Shown: positions 51,405 to 64,000 of the stretch, in pieces
Position numbering within the stretch: the first letter of the stretch is position 1
How the letters are laid out: every line of letters begins with the position of its first letter
Made by a program: the position numbers and the translations under genes
DNA from: Monocercomonoides exilis PA203
Taxonomy: Eukaryota; Protista; Preaxostyla
Assembly: GCA_001643675.2 (NCBI GenBank)
Contig: LSRY02000026.1
Coordinates: 1,255,189-1,319,188, forward strand
Direction: 5' to 3'
Length of the DNA stretch: 64,000 nucleotides
The notes under the pieces: model-generated
The model's database searches: none
What the model was told of the DNA's origin: nothing
Seen by the model: the letters and a program-made list of their open reading frames with translations, nothing else

Positions 51405-51853
51405 CATTCTAAACCGGATATAATCACATCAGTTTTTGCTCAACTTTTTGTGACTATATCTGATTGTGATTACACACGATGAGCTTTACACAGAAAAAAA
51501 TAAAATTTACTTTTTGAAATAATTAATTTTGGGTCGATTTTTTTATTTATGGAAATTCTACACAAATACACTTTTTTCACTTGCTTGAACAAATTTTTTC
51601 ATAAATACACATTATTTTGACTTATTTGAGCACATTTTAGAAAAAGCGAAAAATTAAAATTTTTGATCAAAAAATCGATTTTTCATTGAAAAAATCACCC
51701 ATAATGATAAAAAATGTGATTATATATTTTCATCCCTGTGATTATATGCTATTGAAAATGAATGAAATATTGGTCTGAAATGTTGGTGCATCGAAAAATG
51801 TGACTATAAACGAATGTGATTATATTCGACGTGATTATATCCGGTTTAGACTG
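51405..51853. mobile_element. Tigger/pogo-like MITE with CA(G/T)TCTAAACCGGATATAATCAC TIRs
   Basis: 23-bp TIR with 1 mismatch; TA on the left flank (TT on the right); multiple internal GTGATTATA repeats. Confidence 0.8.
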
Positions 51854-52420
51854 TTCACTTTTGATGTTTCAGAAAATATTTGTTTTTGTTGTTATTAAAC
51901 ATACTTAATAAAAATTTGAAATTTTGATTGAAAATAGTTATTAACTCTTTAAAGCTTAAAATAAAAAATGAAAATATGAAATGAATGAAAATGAACATAG
52001 AAACAAACACATATATATGCAAATATTTAAAAATACATTCAAATATACTATTCCTGTAGTTTAATTTGTTTAAAAGTTGGTAATCCTTGCAAAAAATACA
52101 TAAAAACTTGATATAAATACATAGTATGAAAAATAGATAAAAGTGTAAAAACTGATCAAAAATGGCTTTTATAATATCTATTAAACACACATACCAAATA
52201 TTGAAACACAACTAAAAACATTGGCGAAGAAATCAACAAAACAAAAAAAGTTAAGATCACAACACTCAAAACAAATTTAATTGATAATTCCGAAGCTGAA
52301 AACATGTGAGATTGAGGAAATTCGATTAAAATTAGTTAAATTCGACAAACCAGACTAAAATCGATTTGATTGAGTCACATTTTCGCGACCCAGTCAAATC
52401 AATCAAGTTCTCTTATAATA

Positions 52421-54772
52421 GACCTTTGACGATTTTATGTATTCAATTTTCATAAGTCGATTCTTTTTCACAAAAGTTTTTTATAATACGAATTAGATTC
52501 AGAAAATACCGTATTGAATTTCTCACAACCAGTAAAACAAATGTTGGGAAAATGATCCTTCAAAAAAAACCTCAATTAATGGGTGGTATTGTTTATAACG
52601 CTTTTTATAAGTGAACATCATGTCTCAAATCAACATTGAAAGCATTCTTGAAAGTGTTGAAAAACGTAATGTTTTGCCGAAAGCTCTTCAAATCAAAACA
52701 GAAAAAGTTCAACGTTCCATCATTGAAATAGCTTGCGAAAAACTTGAAGATCCATCTCGCTCATTTTTTCGATTGTCAGGGTTTTCAAGAAATGAATTCG
52801 ATCTCTTGTTATCACTACTGCAAAAAGAATCTCCTCAGCACCGTGGAAGGGACAGAGCAATTAACACTTTGGAGGAGCATTTGTTTTTGCTACTGAATTT
52901 TTTGCATCATGGTTCCCCAACACTAACCTTTTCGATTGCTTCGCCTTTCTACGATTCTCAAAGTGCGACTAACAGATTGTTACATTCAATAACATCTTCT
53001 CTCAAACACCAATTGGCAGATTTATTTCTAACATTTCGCAAAGACAGGTTGGATGAAATGAAGGATGTTGGGATTGTGCTAGATTGCACTGTGATTCCTA
53101 TTTGCAGACCAGGAGGAAAACTGAAGGAAGGAAAGAAGTTCTATAGTGGAAAGCATCATTACTATTGCGTTAAAGTGGAAGTTGGAGTAAATCCAAGGAT
53201 GGGAACAGCGAGCACAATAAGCGAGGTTTACACAGGTTCAACACACGATTACAGCGTGTTTAAAGAGCACTATCCAAAGTTCCAGGACAAAATGGAAGGA
53301 TCGAAAATACTAGCAGATTCAGCTTATGTGGGTGCGAGACCAGAGCTGGGGGCTGTCATTAGCAAACCAGTTGGGACAAAGGAAATTTCATCAAAAAGGG
53401 TTATTGTTGAACGTTTTTTCGGAAGACTTAAGACATTATTCTCTGTCTTTCGTCATCCTTGGCCTTTCGATGTTGAAAAAATCGGAGAGTACTTTTTTGT
53501 TGCTTGTTGTCTCACTAATTATCACATTCTTCAAAACCCTCTCACAAAAAAAGACGAAGAAGCAAATCAACGATTTTTAGACAGTTTGGTTTACGATTAT
53601 TTACAGAAAAAAGAAGCAAAACGGATTGCTAATGAAAGATACAACACGAAAATCAAAAATAAATTGAATCCTGGAAATATGCCAGCACCCAGAATTTCTT
53701 CTCTCGGAACCCAAAGAGAAGGTTTACTAATTGAAATATTAACCATAACTTTGTTTTTTATTCAATTAAAACATTTTTTGAACATTCACATTAACCATAT
53801 TTTTTTTTGTTAATTTATAGGGCAAACACAGAATTTAGTCTCCATTGATCATGCCATAAGCAGAAGAGAAGAAGAAAGAGAACAGCTTGAGAGCCTAAGA
53901 GAAGAAGAAAGGGTTTGTTTATTGGAAAGAGAAAGAGAAAGAGAAATTCCAGATACACAATCAACTGATCACTCACTTGATTGGTTTCTCCCTGGGCAAT
54001 GGAAATCAACAAACATTTTCTTGCTATCTTCTTCTGCTCCTTTTCCAGTTTTTCCGACTTCCTCTTCATCTTCATCATCAGCTTCTGCATCTTCATCTTC
54101 AGCGACTCATAATACTCAAATTCTGAGTCCGCTTCAATTATTATTAAACCAGCGAAATGATTAATTGAAATATAAATACAAAGCTATTATGAATTTTTCA
54201 CTTCAATATCAACAATAATAAAAACACTTGGTTTTGTTCAAATTGTTTTTTTTTTTTTAATGAATGCTTTTTTTGAACAAAGATCATATAAAATTTTTAT
54301 GAAAATTTTCTTTCAACAGCTTTGTTGATTAGAAACTTTTTCTCATAAAAACAATCACTCCAATTTGAAATGATAAAAGTTATTAATATAAAAAAATGAA
54401 TTGTCATAAAAATATATTTCATTCACATTATTTTTAAAAATCGATCATGTTTGTTTAGACGAGTAACTTCCAAAACTGCACTTGTAATAATCATCTGAAC
54501 TAAAACGAATTTCAGTAATCAGTTCAAATAAAAACGAAACACACTTAATAACACCAATTCAAACTTATTGTTCGATTTATGAAAAAATTTCTACCAACAA
54601 CAACAAGAACAAAACACAAAAAAAGCGATCAAATCACTTCCATAATATGCTTATTCAAGATCAAAAAAAAGTTAGATCAAATACCGAATTGAGAACGTCA
54701 ACACTAAATAGAAAAATAGAAAACAAATTGATTGAATCAAAACGAAATTACCCGATAAATTCGTCAAAGGTC
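52421..54772 (+). mobile_element. Harbinger-like element H4 (intact, potentially autonomous)
   Basis: TA|GACCTTTGACGATTTTAT ... ATAAATTCGTCAAAGGTC|TA (18 bp, 1 mismatch). Confidence 0.9.
52620..54164 (+). CDS. PIF/Harbinger-like DDE transposase, two exons (52620-53721, 53821-54164)
   Basis: Uninterrupted ORF with FFRLSGF (HTH region), GIVLDCT, YSGKHHYYCVK, GSTHD, ILADSAY and RVIVERFFGRLK. The 99-nt GT..TAG phase-1 intron joins in frame to the exon containing ORF 53922-54164. Confidence 0.9.
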
Positions 54773-54779
54773 TAGTAAG

Positions 54780-54850
54780 GCATTAGTGGTATAGGGGCAG
54801 CATGCTAGCCTTCCAAGCTAGCGACCCGGGTTCAAGTCCCGGCTAATGCA
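54780..54850 (+). tRNA. tRNA-Gly(TCC)
   Basis: GCATTAG/CTAATGC acceptor stem, CTAGC-CT TCC AA-GCTAG anticodon arm, CCGGG-TTCAAGT-CCCGG T arm, TTTT downstream. Confidence 0.95.
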
Positions 54851-54898
54851 TATCTTTTCCCTTTTTAATTCATTATTGATAGATATTTGACGAATGCC

Positions 54899-55035
54899 TT
54901 TTATTTTATTTTATTTTATTTTATTTTATTTTATTTTATTTTATTTTATTTTATTTTATTTTATTTTATTTTATTTTATTTTATTTTATTTTATTTTATT
55001 TTATTTTATTTTATTTTATTTTATTTTATTTTATT
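54899..55035. repeat. (TTTTA)n microsatellite
   Basis: Direct observation; mirrored, slightly shorter, at about 59815-59943. Confidence 0.95.
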
Positions 55036-55049
55036 TTTTATTTTTTATT

Positions 55050-55099
55050 TTTTGTAACTGACAAAAGATTTTATAGCTTGTCATGTCGCAGAGGTATAT
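55050..55099. mobile_element. Solo hAT 3'-type end
   Basis: TTGTCATGTCGCAGAGGTATA matches the hAT TIR; a similar solo end lies at about 49025-49071. Confidence 0.65.
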
Positions 55100-58000
55100 G
55101 TGAAATATTTGTTTTTTAATTCATTAATTAATTTTGTATTTATTGAGTAAATTGAATAAAAATTTTATTTTGATTTTATTTCAAAAAGTTAACATTTTTA
55201 ATTGCATAACTTTAACATCAGCGGCACACACCAGATAAAGGGTCTCTTTGAAAAATGACGAAGATTTTTTCTGAAACTTGAAGACAAGAATTTGTATTTA
55301 AATAATTTTTAAGTTTTTTTTTACTCGAAATACAAAAGAGTTGTGATGCTTTTTAATAATACATAACAAACTGATCATTCACTTTCAAATAGTTTTAATT
55401 CAATTAACATTTTTGAGGTTATTATTCTGTGGAATAAGTACACTTCAGTGAAGTTACTGATGGCACTGACTTATGTGAAGGTCACTTTTCCAAACTACGG
55501 AAGATATTTGTAAACATTTTTTAATGAAGATTGTTTCATTTGAATATTTTAACAAAAGAAAATTATAGAAAAATGAAATTCATGATATTAGAAATCGAAA
55601 AAGCAGAAAATTTGTTTGAAGGAATTGAAAATTTGAAAGTTTAATAACTTCAATTAAGTGGGAAATCATTCATCTTCTTTTATCACTTTGGTGATACTAT
55701 TTGAAAAAACACTGTTGTATCATTTTAGAAGTGAATAAAAATGTTTCTTTTTAAATTCAAATTTCAGTTCCCTCTCACAGTAATCCACAAAAAAGAATAT
55801 TGTGTCATTGCCAAGAATCTATTTCCATTCAGAAAAAAATAAATGAAATGAAAACTGAAATGTGATGAAAATATAAGTCTATAACATATATTTATTTATT
55901 TTCATTTTTTTCATTTTCGTTTATATTTTTATTTGTATTATTCTTCTTGGAAAGTCACAAATGTTTAATTTTTCGATTAAATAAAAAATTCATATTTTGC
56001 TCAAATTTTTGTTCACACACATCAAACTTTACCAATACAAAATCCTTTTTTGATAATGCTATCACATTCATTCTTGTGCAGATTTGTGAGTGGGAACAGA
56101 TATTTAATCAAGATATGGATGATAATTTTTGAAAACATATTTATTCAATCAAAAATTTCTGTTCGAAATTTTCCCTTGAATATCAACAAAAGAACACTGA
56201 AAAATGAAATGGTCTATTAGTAGCATCTTCATCTTCATTTGTGCTAAAACATTTGTTTTTAAAGCAGTTGTGATAATTCAACAATTTGAACGCAAAATCT
56301 CTTCCCAATAGCAAACAACATTTGAAAAATAAACACCCAAAAAAAGTTATGATTTCATAAATTATCACCCATATAAAATTAAAAATTTTCAAAAGAATTA
56401 AACATTTGTAACTTTTCAAAAAGAATTACCGGCGAGATATTATCTGGTTGACAGAAGAGTTGAGAAAAATGGCAAATGCTAAATGTTGAGTTTTCTTTTT
56501 CTAATAACGGAAAAATTCTTTTTATTCGGCGAAGTTTCTTCTGTCATAATCTGTTTTAATCGAGATGAAAATAAAAAAATAATGGGTACGATCATTGAAA
56601 AATTTTGCATTTTTTCATATCTCTTCATATGTCTTCCAAACATTGATGAACTCTGTTGTTAACTTATTTAATTTTGTTGTTTATATATTTTAATTACACA
56701 AAATCATAAATTTTTGATTTTAAGTTATCAAATCACAAATGCTATTAAATGTGCTTTCTCTTATTATCTTCACCAGCAAACAGAGAGTTTTCGTCATAAA
56801 AGTGTGCAAACATATATCATATTGTTTGTTAAAGAAGAGGAAATGCGCAAATGTCAGTCATTTTTATTTTTAATTGTTTATGAAATATTTTTAACTTCAA
56901 TTTTTCACTGAAAGCGAACGGAATCTTAGTGTTGAATATTTAGAATCTTTTTTTAATAGGAAAAATTTATTTATTTGAAACTGTGTTTTCAAAAATTATT
57001 TTTATTAAAAAGAGGATGAATTGGATGATGATGTTTAAAAGATGAAAAACTAGAATTTGAACGAAAGAATTTTGAATATTGAAATAAAATGAAATAAAAT
57101 TCTAACGTTAAAAAAGCATATATCATAAATGGAAATACACAAGGAAATAATAATATTTAATAAAAATTCAAAAGAATCAAAACCAAACATCATTTTTATT
57201 CATTATCGAAAAAAGTTCAACATAATGAACAAAATACTGAAAGTGTGAGTTGTTTGTCGGAAAAAAACAATTGATTGTTTCGAAGTATTTTTCTTCGCTT
57301 CATGGAATACTGCGTTTATGTTATTGGACGCAACCTCTATCATTTTTTTCTTTTTATTCCTCACACCTGCATTTTCACCAACAAAAAACAAAAACAATCT
57401 CAGTGTGGCTAATGTGATACTGATGACATTGCATGAAATAATAATCCTTTCAATAAAGCCAAAATATTTCAGAACATATAAAACAAGTTTCTATCCTCAA
57501 GTTTCAAAAAAATTATCATTTTTCGAATTCGCCAACTTCACTCAACCTCAATACAGCCGTATTTTTATTTTTGAGATGCTAACCAAAGACATTTCTTGCT
57601 TGAAAATTTGCATGAATATTTATTCAAAGATAAATTTATCATTCGTTCAAAGAATTCAATTTTTGTTCATTCCTTTCTTTCTTTATCATTTTTCATTACA
57701 ACAACACTGTGCACAAAATATGAGAATAGACTTATCAATCAAAAATACTTTTTGCTTTAAAAATACATCAAATGTTTTTTAAATGATTAAAATTTTAATT
57801 TCAAAGGAATTATTATTCTATTATATAATAAAAAGCAATTTAAAAACACTCTTAAAAAATTAAGACAACTTAATCGTTTCAATACTCTTTGACTATTAAG
57901 GCGAAAGTTCAAAAATTTCAACACTAAGATTCCGTTCGCTTTCAGTGAAAAATTGAAGTTAAAAATATTTCATAAACAATTAAAAATAAAAATGACTGAC

Positions 58001-59991
58001 ATTTGCGCATTTCCTCTTCTTTAACAAACAATATGATATATGTTTGCACACTTTTATGACGAAAACTCTCTGTTTGCTGGTGAAGATAATAAGAGAAAGC
58101 ACATTTAATAGCATTTGTGATTTGATAACTTAAAATCAAAAATTTATGATTTTGTGTAATTAAAATATATAAACAACAAAATTAAATAAGTTAACAACAG
58201 AGTTCATCAATGTTTGGAAGACATATGAAGAGATATGAAAAAATGCAAAATTTTTCAATGATCGTACCCATTATTTTTTTATTTTCATCTCGATTAAAAC
58301 AGATTATGACAGAAGAAACTTCGCCGAATAAAAAGAATTTTTCCGTTATTAGAAAAAGAAAACTCAACATTTAGCATTTGCCATTTTTCTCAACTCTTCT
58401 GTCAACCAGATAATATCTCGCCGGTAATTCTTTTTGAAAAGTTACAAATGTTTAATTCTTTTGAAAATTTTTAATTTTATATGGGTGATAATTTATGAAA
58501 TCATAACTTTTTTTGGGTGTTTATTTTTCAAATGTTGTTTGCTATTGGGAAGAGATTTTGCGTTCAAATTGTTGAATTATCACAACTGCTTTAAAAACAA
58601 ATGTTTTAGCACAAATGAAGATGAAGATGCTACTAATAGACCATTTCATTTTTCAGTGTTCTTTTGTTGATATTCAAGGGAAAATTTCGAACAGAAATTT
58701 TTGATTGAATAAATATGTTTTCAAAAATTATCATCCATATCTTGATTAAATATCTGTTCCCACTCACAAATCTGCACAAGAATGAATGTGATAGCATTAT
58801 CAAAAAAGGATTTTGTATTGGTAAAGTTTGATGTGTGTGAACAAAAATTTGAGCAAAATATGAATTTTTTATTTAATCGAAAAATTAAACATTTGTGACT
58901 TTCCAAGAAGAATAATACAAATAAAAATATAAACGAAAATGAAAAAATGAAAATAAATAAATATATGTTATAGACTTATATTTTCATCACATTTCAGTTT
59001 TCATTTCATTTATTTTTTCTGAATGGAAATAGATTCTTGGCAATGACACAATATTCTTTTTTGTGGATTACTGTGAGAGGGAACTGAAATTTGAATTTAA
59101 AAAGAAACATTTTTATTCACTTCTAAAATGATACAACAGTGTTTTTTCAAATAGTATCACCAAAGTGATAAAAGAAGATGAATGATTTCCCACTTAATTG
59201 AAGTTATTAAACTTTCAAATTTTCAATTCCTTCAAACAAATTTTCTGCTTTTTCGATTTCTAATATCATGAATTTCATTTTTCTATAATTTTCTTTTGTT
59301 AAAATATTCAAATGAAACAATCTTCATTAAAAAATGTTTACAAATATCTTCCGTAGTTTGGAAAAGTGACCTTCACATAAGTCAGTGCCATCAGTAACTT
59401 CACTGAAGTGTACTTATTCCACAGAATAATAACCTCAAAAATGTTAATTGAATTAAAACTATTTGAAAGTGAATGATCAGTTTGTTATGTATTATTAAAA
59501 AGCATCACAACTCTTTTGTATTTCGAGTAAAAAAAAACTTAAAAATTATTTAAATACAAATTCTTGTCTTCAAGTTTCAGAAAAAATCTTCGTCATTTTT
59601 CAAAGAGACCCTTTATCTGGTGTGTGCCGCTGATGTTAAAGTTATGCAATTAAAAATGTTAACTTTTTTGAAATAAAATCAAAATAAAATTTTTATTCAA
59701 TTTACTCAATAAATACAAAATTAATTAATGAATTAAAAAACAAATATTTCACATATACCTCTGCGACATGACAAGCTATAAAATCTTTTGTCAGTTACAA
59801 AAAATAAAAAATAAAAAATAAAATAAAATAAAATAAAATAAAATAAAATAAAATAAAATAAAATAAAATAAAATAAAATAAAATAAAATAAAATAAAATA
59901 AAATAAAATAAAATAAAATAAAATAAAATAAAATAAAATAAAAGGCATTCGTCAAATATCTATCAATAATGAATTAAAAAGGGAAAAGATA

Positions 59992-60062
59992 TGCATTAGC
60001 CGGGACTTGAACCCGGGTCGCTAGCTTGGAAGGCTAGCATGCTGCCCCTATACCACTAATGC
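59992..60062 (-). tRNA. tRNA-Gly(TCC), mirror copy
   Basis: Exact reverse complement of 54780-54850. Confidence 0.93.
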
Positions 60063-60069
60063 CTTACTA

Positions 60070-62407
60070 GACCTTTGACGAATTTATCGGGTAATTTCGT
60101 TTTGATTCAATCAATTTGTTTTCTATTTTTCTATTTAGTGTTGACGTTCTCAATTCGGTATTTGATCTAACTTTTTTGATCTTGAATAAGCATATTATGG
60201 AAGTGATTTGATCGCTTTTTTGTGTTTTGTTCTTGTTGTTGTTGGTAGAAATTTTTTCATAAATCGAACAATAAGTTTGAATTGGTGTTATTAAGTGTGT
60301 TTCGTTTTTATTTGAACTGATTACTGAAATTCGTTTTAGTTCAGATGATTATTACAAGTGCAGTTTTGGAAGTTACTCGTCTAAACAAACATGATCGATT
60401 TTTAAAAATAATGTGAATGAAATATATTTTTATGACAATTCATTTTTTTATATTAATAACTTTTATCATTTCAAATTGGAGTGATTGTTTTTATGAGAAA
60501 AGTTTCTAATCAACAAAGCTGTTGAAAGAAAATTTTCATAAAAATTTTATATGATCTTTGTTCAAAAAAGCATTCATTAAAAAAAAAAAACAATTTGAAC
60601 AAAACCAAGTGTTTTTATTATTGTTGATATTGAAGTGAAAAATTCATAATAGCTTTGTATTTATATTTCAATTAATCATTTCGCTGGTTTAATAATAATT
60701 GAAGCGGACTCAGAATTTGAGTATTATGAGTCGCTGAAGATGAAGATGCAGAAGCTGATGATGAAGATGAAGAGGAAGTCGGAAAAACTGGAAAAGGAGC
60801 AGAAGAAGATAGCAAGAAAATGTTTGTTGATTTCCATTGCCCAGGGAGAAACCAATCAAGTGAGTGATCAGTTGATTGTGTATCTGGAATTTCTCTTTCT
60901 CTTTCTCTTTCCAATAAACAAACCCTTTCTTCTTCTCTTAGGCTCTCAAGCTGTTCTCTTTCTTCTTCTCTTCTGCTTATGGCATGATCAATGGAGACTA
61001 AATTCTGTGTTTGCCCTATAAATTAACAAAAAAAAATATGGTTAATGTGAATGTTCAAAAAATGTTTTAATTGAATAAAAAACAAAGTTATGGTTAATAT
61101 TTCAATTAGTAAACCTTCTCTTTGGGTTCCGAGAGAAGAAATTCTGGGTGCTGGCATATTTCCAGGATTCAATTTATTTTTGATTTTCGTGTTGTATCTT
61201 TCATTAGCAATCCGTTTTGCTTCTTTTTCTGTAAATAATCGTAAACCAAACTGTCTAAAAATCGTTGATTTGCTTCTTCGTCTTTTTTGTGAGAGGGTTT
61301 TGAAGAATGTGATAATTAGTGAGACAACAAGCAACAAAAAGTACTCTCCGATTTTTCAACATCGAAAGGCCAAGGATGACGAAAGACAGAGAATAATGTC
61401 TTAAGTCTTCCGAAAAAACGTTCAACAATAACCCTTTTGATGAAATTTCCTTTGTCCCAACTGGTTTGCTAATGACAGCCCCCAGCTCTGGTCTCGCACC
61501 CACATAAGCTGAATCTGCTAGTATTTTCGATCCTTCCATTTTGTCCTGGAACTTTGGATAGTGCTCTTTAAACACGCTGTAATCGTGTGTTGAACCTGTG
61601 TAAACCTCGCTTATTGTGCTCGCTGTTCCCATCCTTGGATTTACTCCAACTTCCACTTTAACGCAATAGTAATGATGCTTTCCACTATAGAACTTCTTTC
61701 CTTCCTTCAGTTTTCCTCCTGGTCTGCAAATAGGAATCACAGTGCAATCTAGCACAATCCCAACATCCTTCATTTCATCCAACCTGTCTTTGCGAAATGT
61801 TAGAAATAAATCTGCCAATTGGTGTTTGAGAGAAGATGTTATTGAATGTAACAATCTGTTAGTCGCACTTTGAGAATCGTAGAAAGGCGAAGCAATCGAA
61901 AAGGTTAGTGTTGGGGAACCATGATGCAAAAAATTCAGTAGCAAAAACAAATGCTCCTCCAAAGTGTTAATTGCTCTGTCCCTTCCACGGTGCTGAGGAG
62001 ATTCTTTTTGCAGTAGTGATAACAAGAGATCGAATTCATTTCTTGAAAACCCTGACAATCGAAAAAATGAGCGAGATGGATCTTCAAGTTTTTCGCAAGC
62101 TATTTCAATGATGGAACGTTGAACTTTTTCTGTTTTGATTTGAAGAGCTTTCGGCAAAACATTACGTTTTCAACACTTTCAAGAATGCTTTCAATGTTGA
62201 TTTGAGACATGATGTTCACTTATAAAAAGCGTTATAAACAATACCACCCATTAATTGAGGTTTTTTGAAGGATCATTTTCCCAACATTTGTTTTACTGGT
62301 TGTGAGAAATTCAATACGGTATTTTCTGAATCTAATTCGTATTATAAAAAACTTTTGTGAAAAAGAATCGACTTATGAAAATTGAATACATAAAATCGTC
62401 AAAGGTC
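60070..62407 (-). mobile_element. Mirror copy of element H4
   Basis: Same TIRs, reverse orientation. Confidence 0.88.
60672..62210 (-). pseudogene. Mirror copy of H4 transposase with homopolymer frameshifts
   Basis: Matches 52620-54164 except for 1-2 nt deletions in A/T runs, possibly sequencing errors. Confidence 0.8.
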
Positions 62408-62969
62408 TATTATAAGAGAACTTGATTGATTTGACTGGGTCGCGAAAATGTGACTCAATCAAATCGATTTTAGTCTGGTTTGTCGAATTTAACTAATTTT
62501 AATCGAATTTCCTCAATCTCACATGTTTTCAGCTTCGGAATTATCAATTAAATTTGTTTTGAGTGTTGTGATCTTAACTTTTTTGTTTTGTTGATTTCTT
62601 CGCCAATGTTTTTAGTTGTGTTTCAATATTTGGTATGTGTGTTTAATAGATATTATAAAAGCCATTTTGATCAGTTTTACACTTTTATCTATTTTTCATA
62701 CTATGTATTTATATCAAGTTTTTATGTATTTTTGCAAGGATTACCAACTTTTAAACAAATTAAACTACAGGAATAGTATATTTGAATGTATTTTTAAATA
62801 TTTGCATATATATGTGTTTGTTTCTATGTTCATTTTCATTCATTTCATATTTTCATTTTTATTTTAAGCTTTAAAGAGTTAATAACTATTTTCAATCAAA
62901 ATTTCAAATTTTTATTAAGTATGTTTAATAACAACAAAAACAAATATTTTCTGAAACATCAAAAGTGAA

Positions 62970-63413
62970 CAGTCTAAACCGGATATAATCACGTCGAATA
63001 TAATCACATTCGTTTATAGTCACATTTTCGATGCACCAACATTTCAGACCAATATTTCATTCATTTTCAATAGCATATAATCACAGGGATGAAAATATAT
63101 AATCACATTTTTATCATTATGGGTGATTTTTTCAATGAAAAATCGATTTTTGATCAAAAATTTTAATTTTCGCTTTTTCTAAAATGTGCTCAAATAAGTC
63201 AAAATAATGTGTATTTATGAAAAAATTTGTTCAAGCAAGTGAAAAAGTGTATTTGTGTAGAATTTCCATAAATAAAAAAATCGACCCAAAATTAATTATT
63301 TCAAAAAGTAAATTTTATTTTTTTCTGTGTAAAGCTCATCGTGTGTAATCACAATCAGATATAGTCACAAAAAGTTGAGCAAAAACTGATGTGATTATAT
63401 CCGGTTTAGAATG
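62970..63413. mobile_element. Mirror copy of the CAGT-type MITE
   Basis: Reverse complement of 51405-51853. Confidence 0.8.
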
Positions 63414-64000
63414 TATTGTGCGTATCAAAAAAGGTGATGAAGGTGAATGTTTATATAAAAAATAAGAAAAAACTCATTTTTGTTGGCTAAAAGTGATTGT
63501 AAAGGTGATTCACTTACTCTTTTTCTTTTCATCAAATAATGAACATGACGAAGAAGGAAAAGTTGAAGAAGAAGATTGTTGAAGAAGGCGAAGACTTTTC
63601 CATTGGTTCGGAATGAACCATGTGCCAACAACATTATTTCTTTCATCTTCAATTTCATCATTTTAACTATTCAACATAATAATTTCATTTCTTTTTCTTT
63701 TTCTTCAATAGAAATTTTCTTTTTCTTTTCCTTTTCTTCTTTTTCTTCTTCTTTCTCTTCTTTTTCACTATTTTGGGTTTGTTGGTCATCAGAATCACCT
63801 GAAAAGATAGTTATGGTTATTGAAATATGAAAAAGAAGAAATTAAACGTTATAAAGAATAATATGGGTAAAAAATAAAAAATCACGCCAGCTACTTCTGC
63901 AAGCAGAACTGAAATTCTAGAAGTTGGAGAGGCCTCTGGATTGAGTCTATTCTTAAGTTTAGCCCATTATCGATCGTTGACAAGTCTCCCCTTGCTTCTA

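Larger units (their letters stand above)
49359..52410 (+). mobile_element. Harbinger-like element H3
   Basis: 20-bp TIRs with 1 mismatch: GAACTTGATTAATTTGACTG / CAGTCAAATCAATCAAGTTC. Confidence 0.85.
50814..56936. repeat. Left arm of large inverted duplication (may extend further left)
   Basis: Reverse complement of 57917-64000 apart from mostly homopolymer indels. Confidence 0.95.
57917..64000. repeat. Right arm of large inverted duplication (runs off the window)
   Basis: Mirror ORFs, tRNA and microsatellite; unique spacer 56937-57916. Confidence 0.95.

Overview
AT-rich eukaryotic DNA with short GT-AG introns and Ser-rich low-complexity ORFs; an oxymonad/metamonad-like protist is a tentative guess. 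The window is almost entirely DNA transposons and their cargo. (1) An intron-containing Sola2-type DDD transposase carries a ubiquitin-specific protease (USP/C19) domain inside the same reading frame; a 615-bp-arm foldback element (8-bp TSD) sits in its first intron and a compact GC-rich structured-RNA candidate lies just downstream. (2) A decayed large gene contains an exact 76-aa ubiquitin-like unit. (3) Two outward-facing tRNA genes (Lys-CTT, 24209-24282 on -; Gly-TCC, 54780-54850 on +) bracket about 30 kb of TIR transposons; the stacks start 7-10 bp upstream of each tRNA and neighbours are separated by 2-10 bp. They include two cargo-carrying pogo elements, PIF/Harbinger-like single-gene elements, a hAT element and several MITE families. 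(4) Four divergent Harbinger-like transposases share a C-terminal intron, an intronic motif at exactly +18, and a spliced tail with WxxxxQWK and PLxxLL motifs. (5) A >6-kb inverted duplication with a 980-bp spacer runs off the window end. All family assignments come from motif recognition by eye; no database searches were run.
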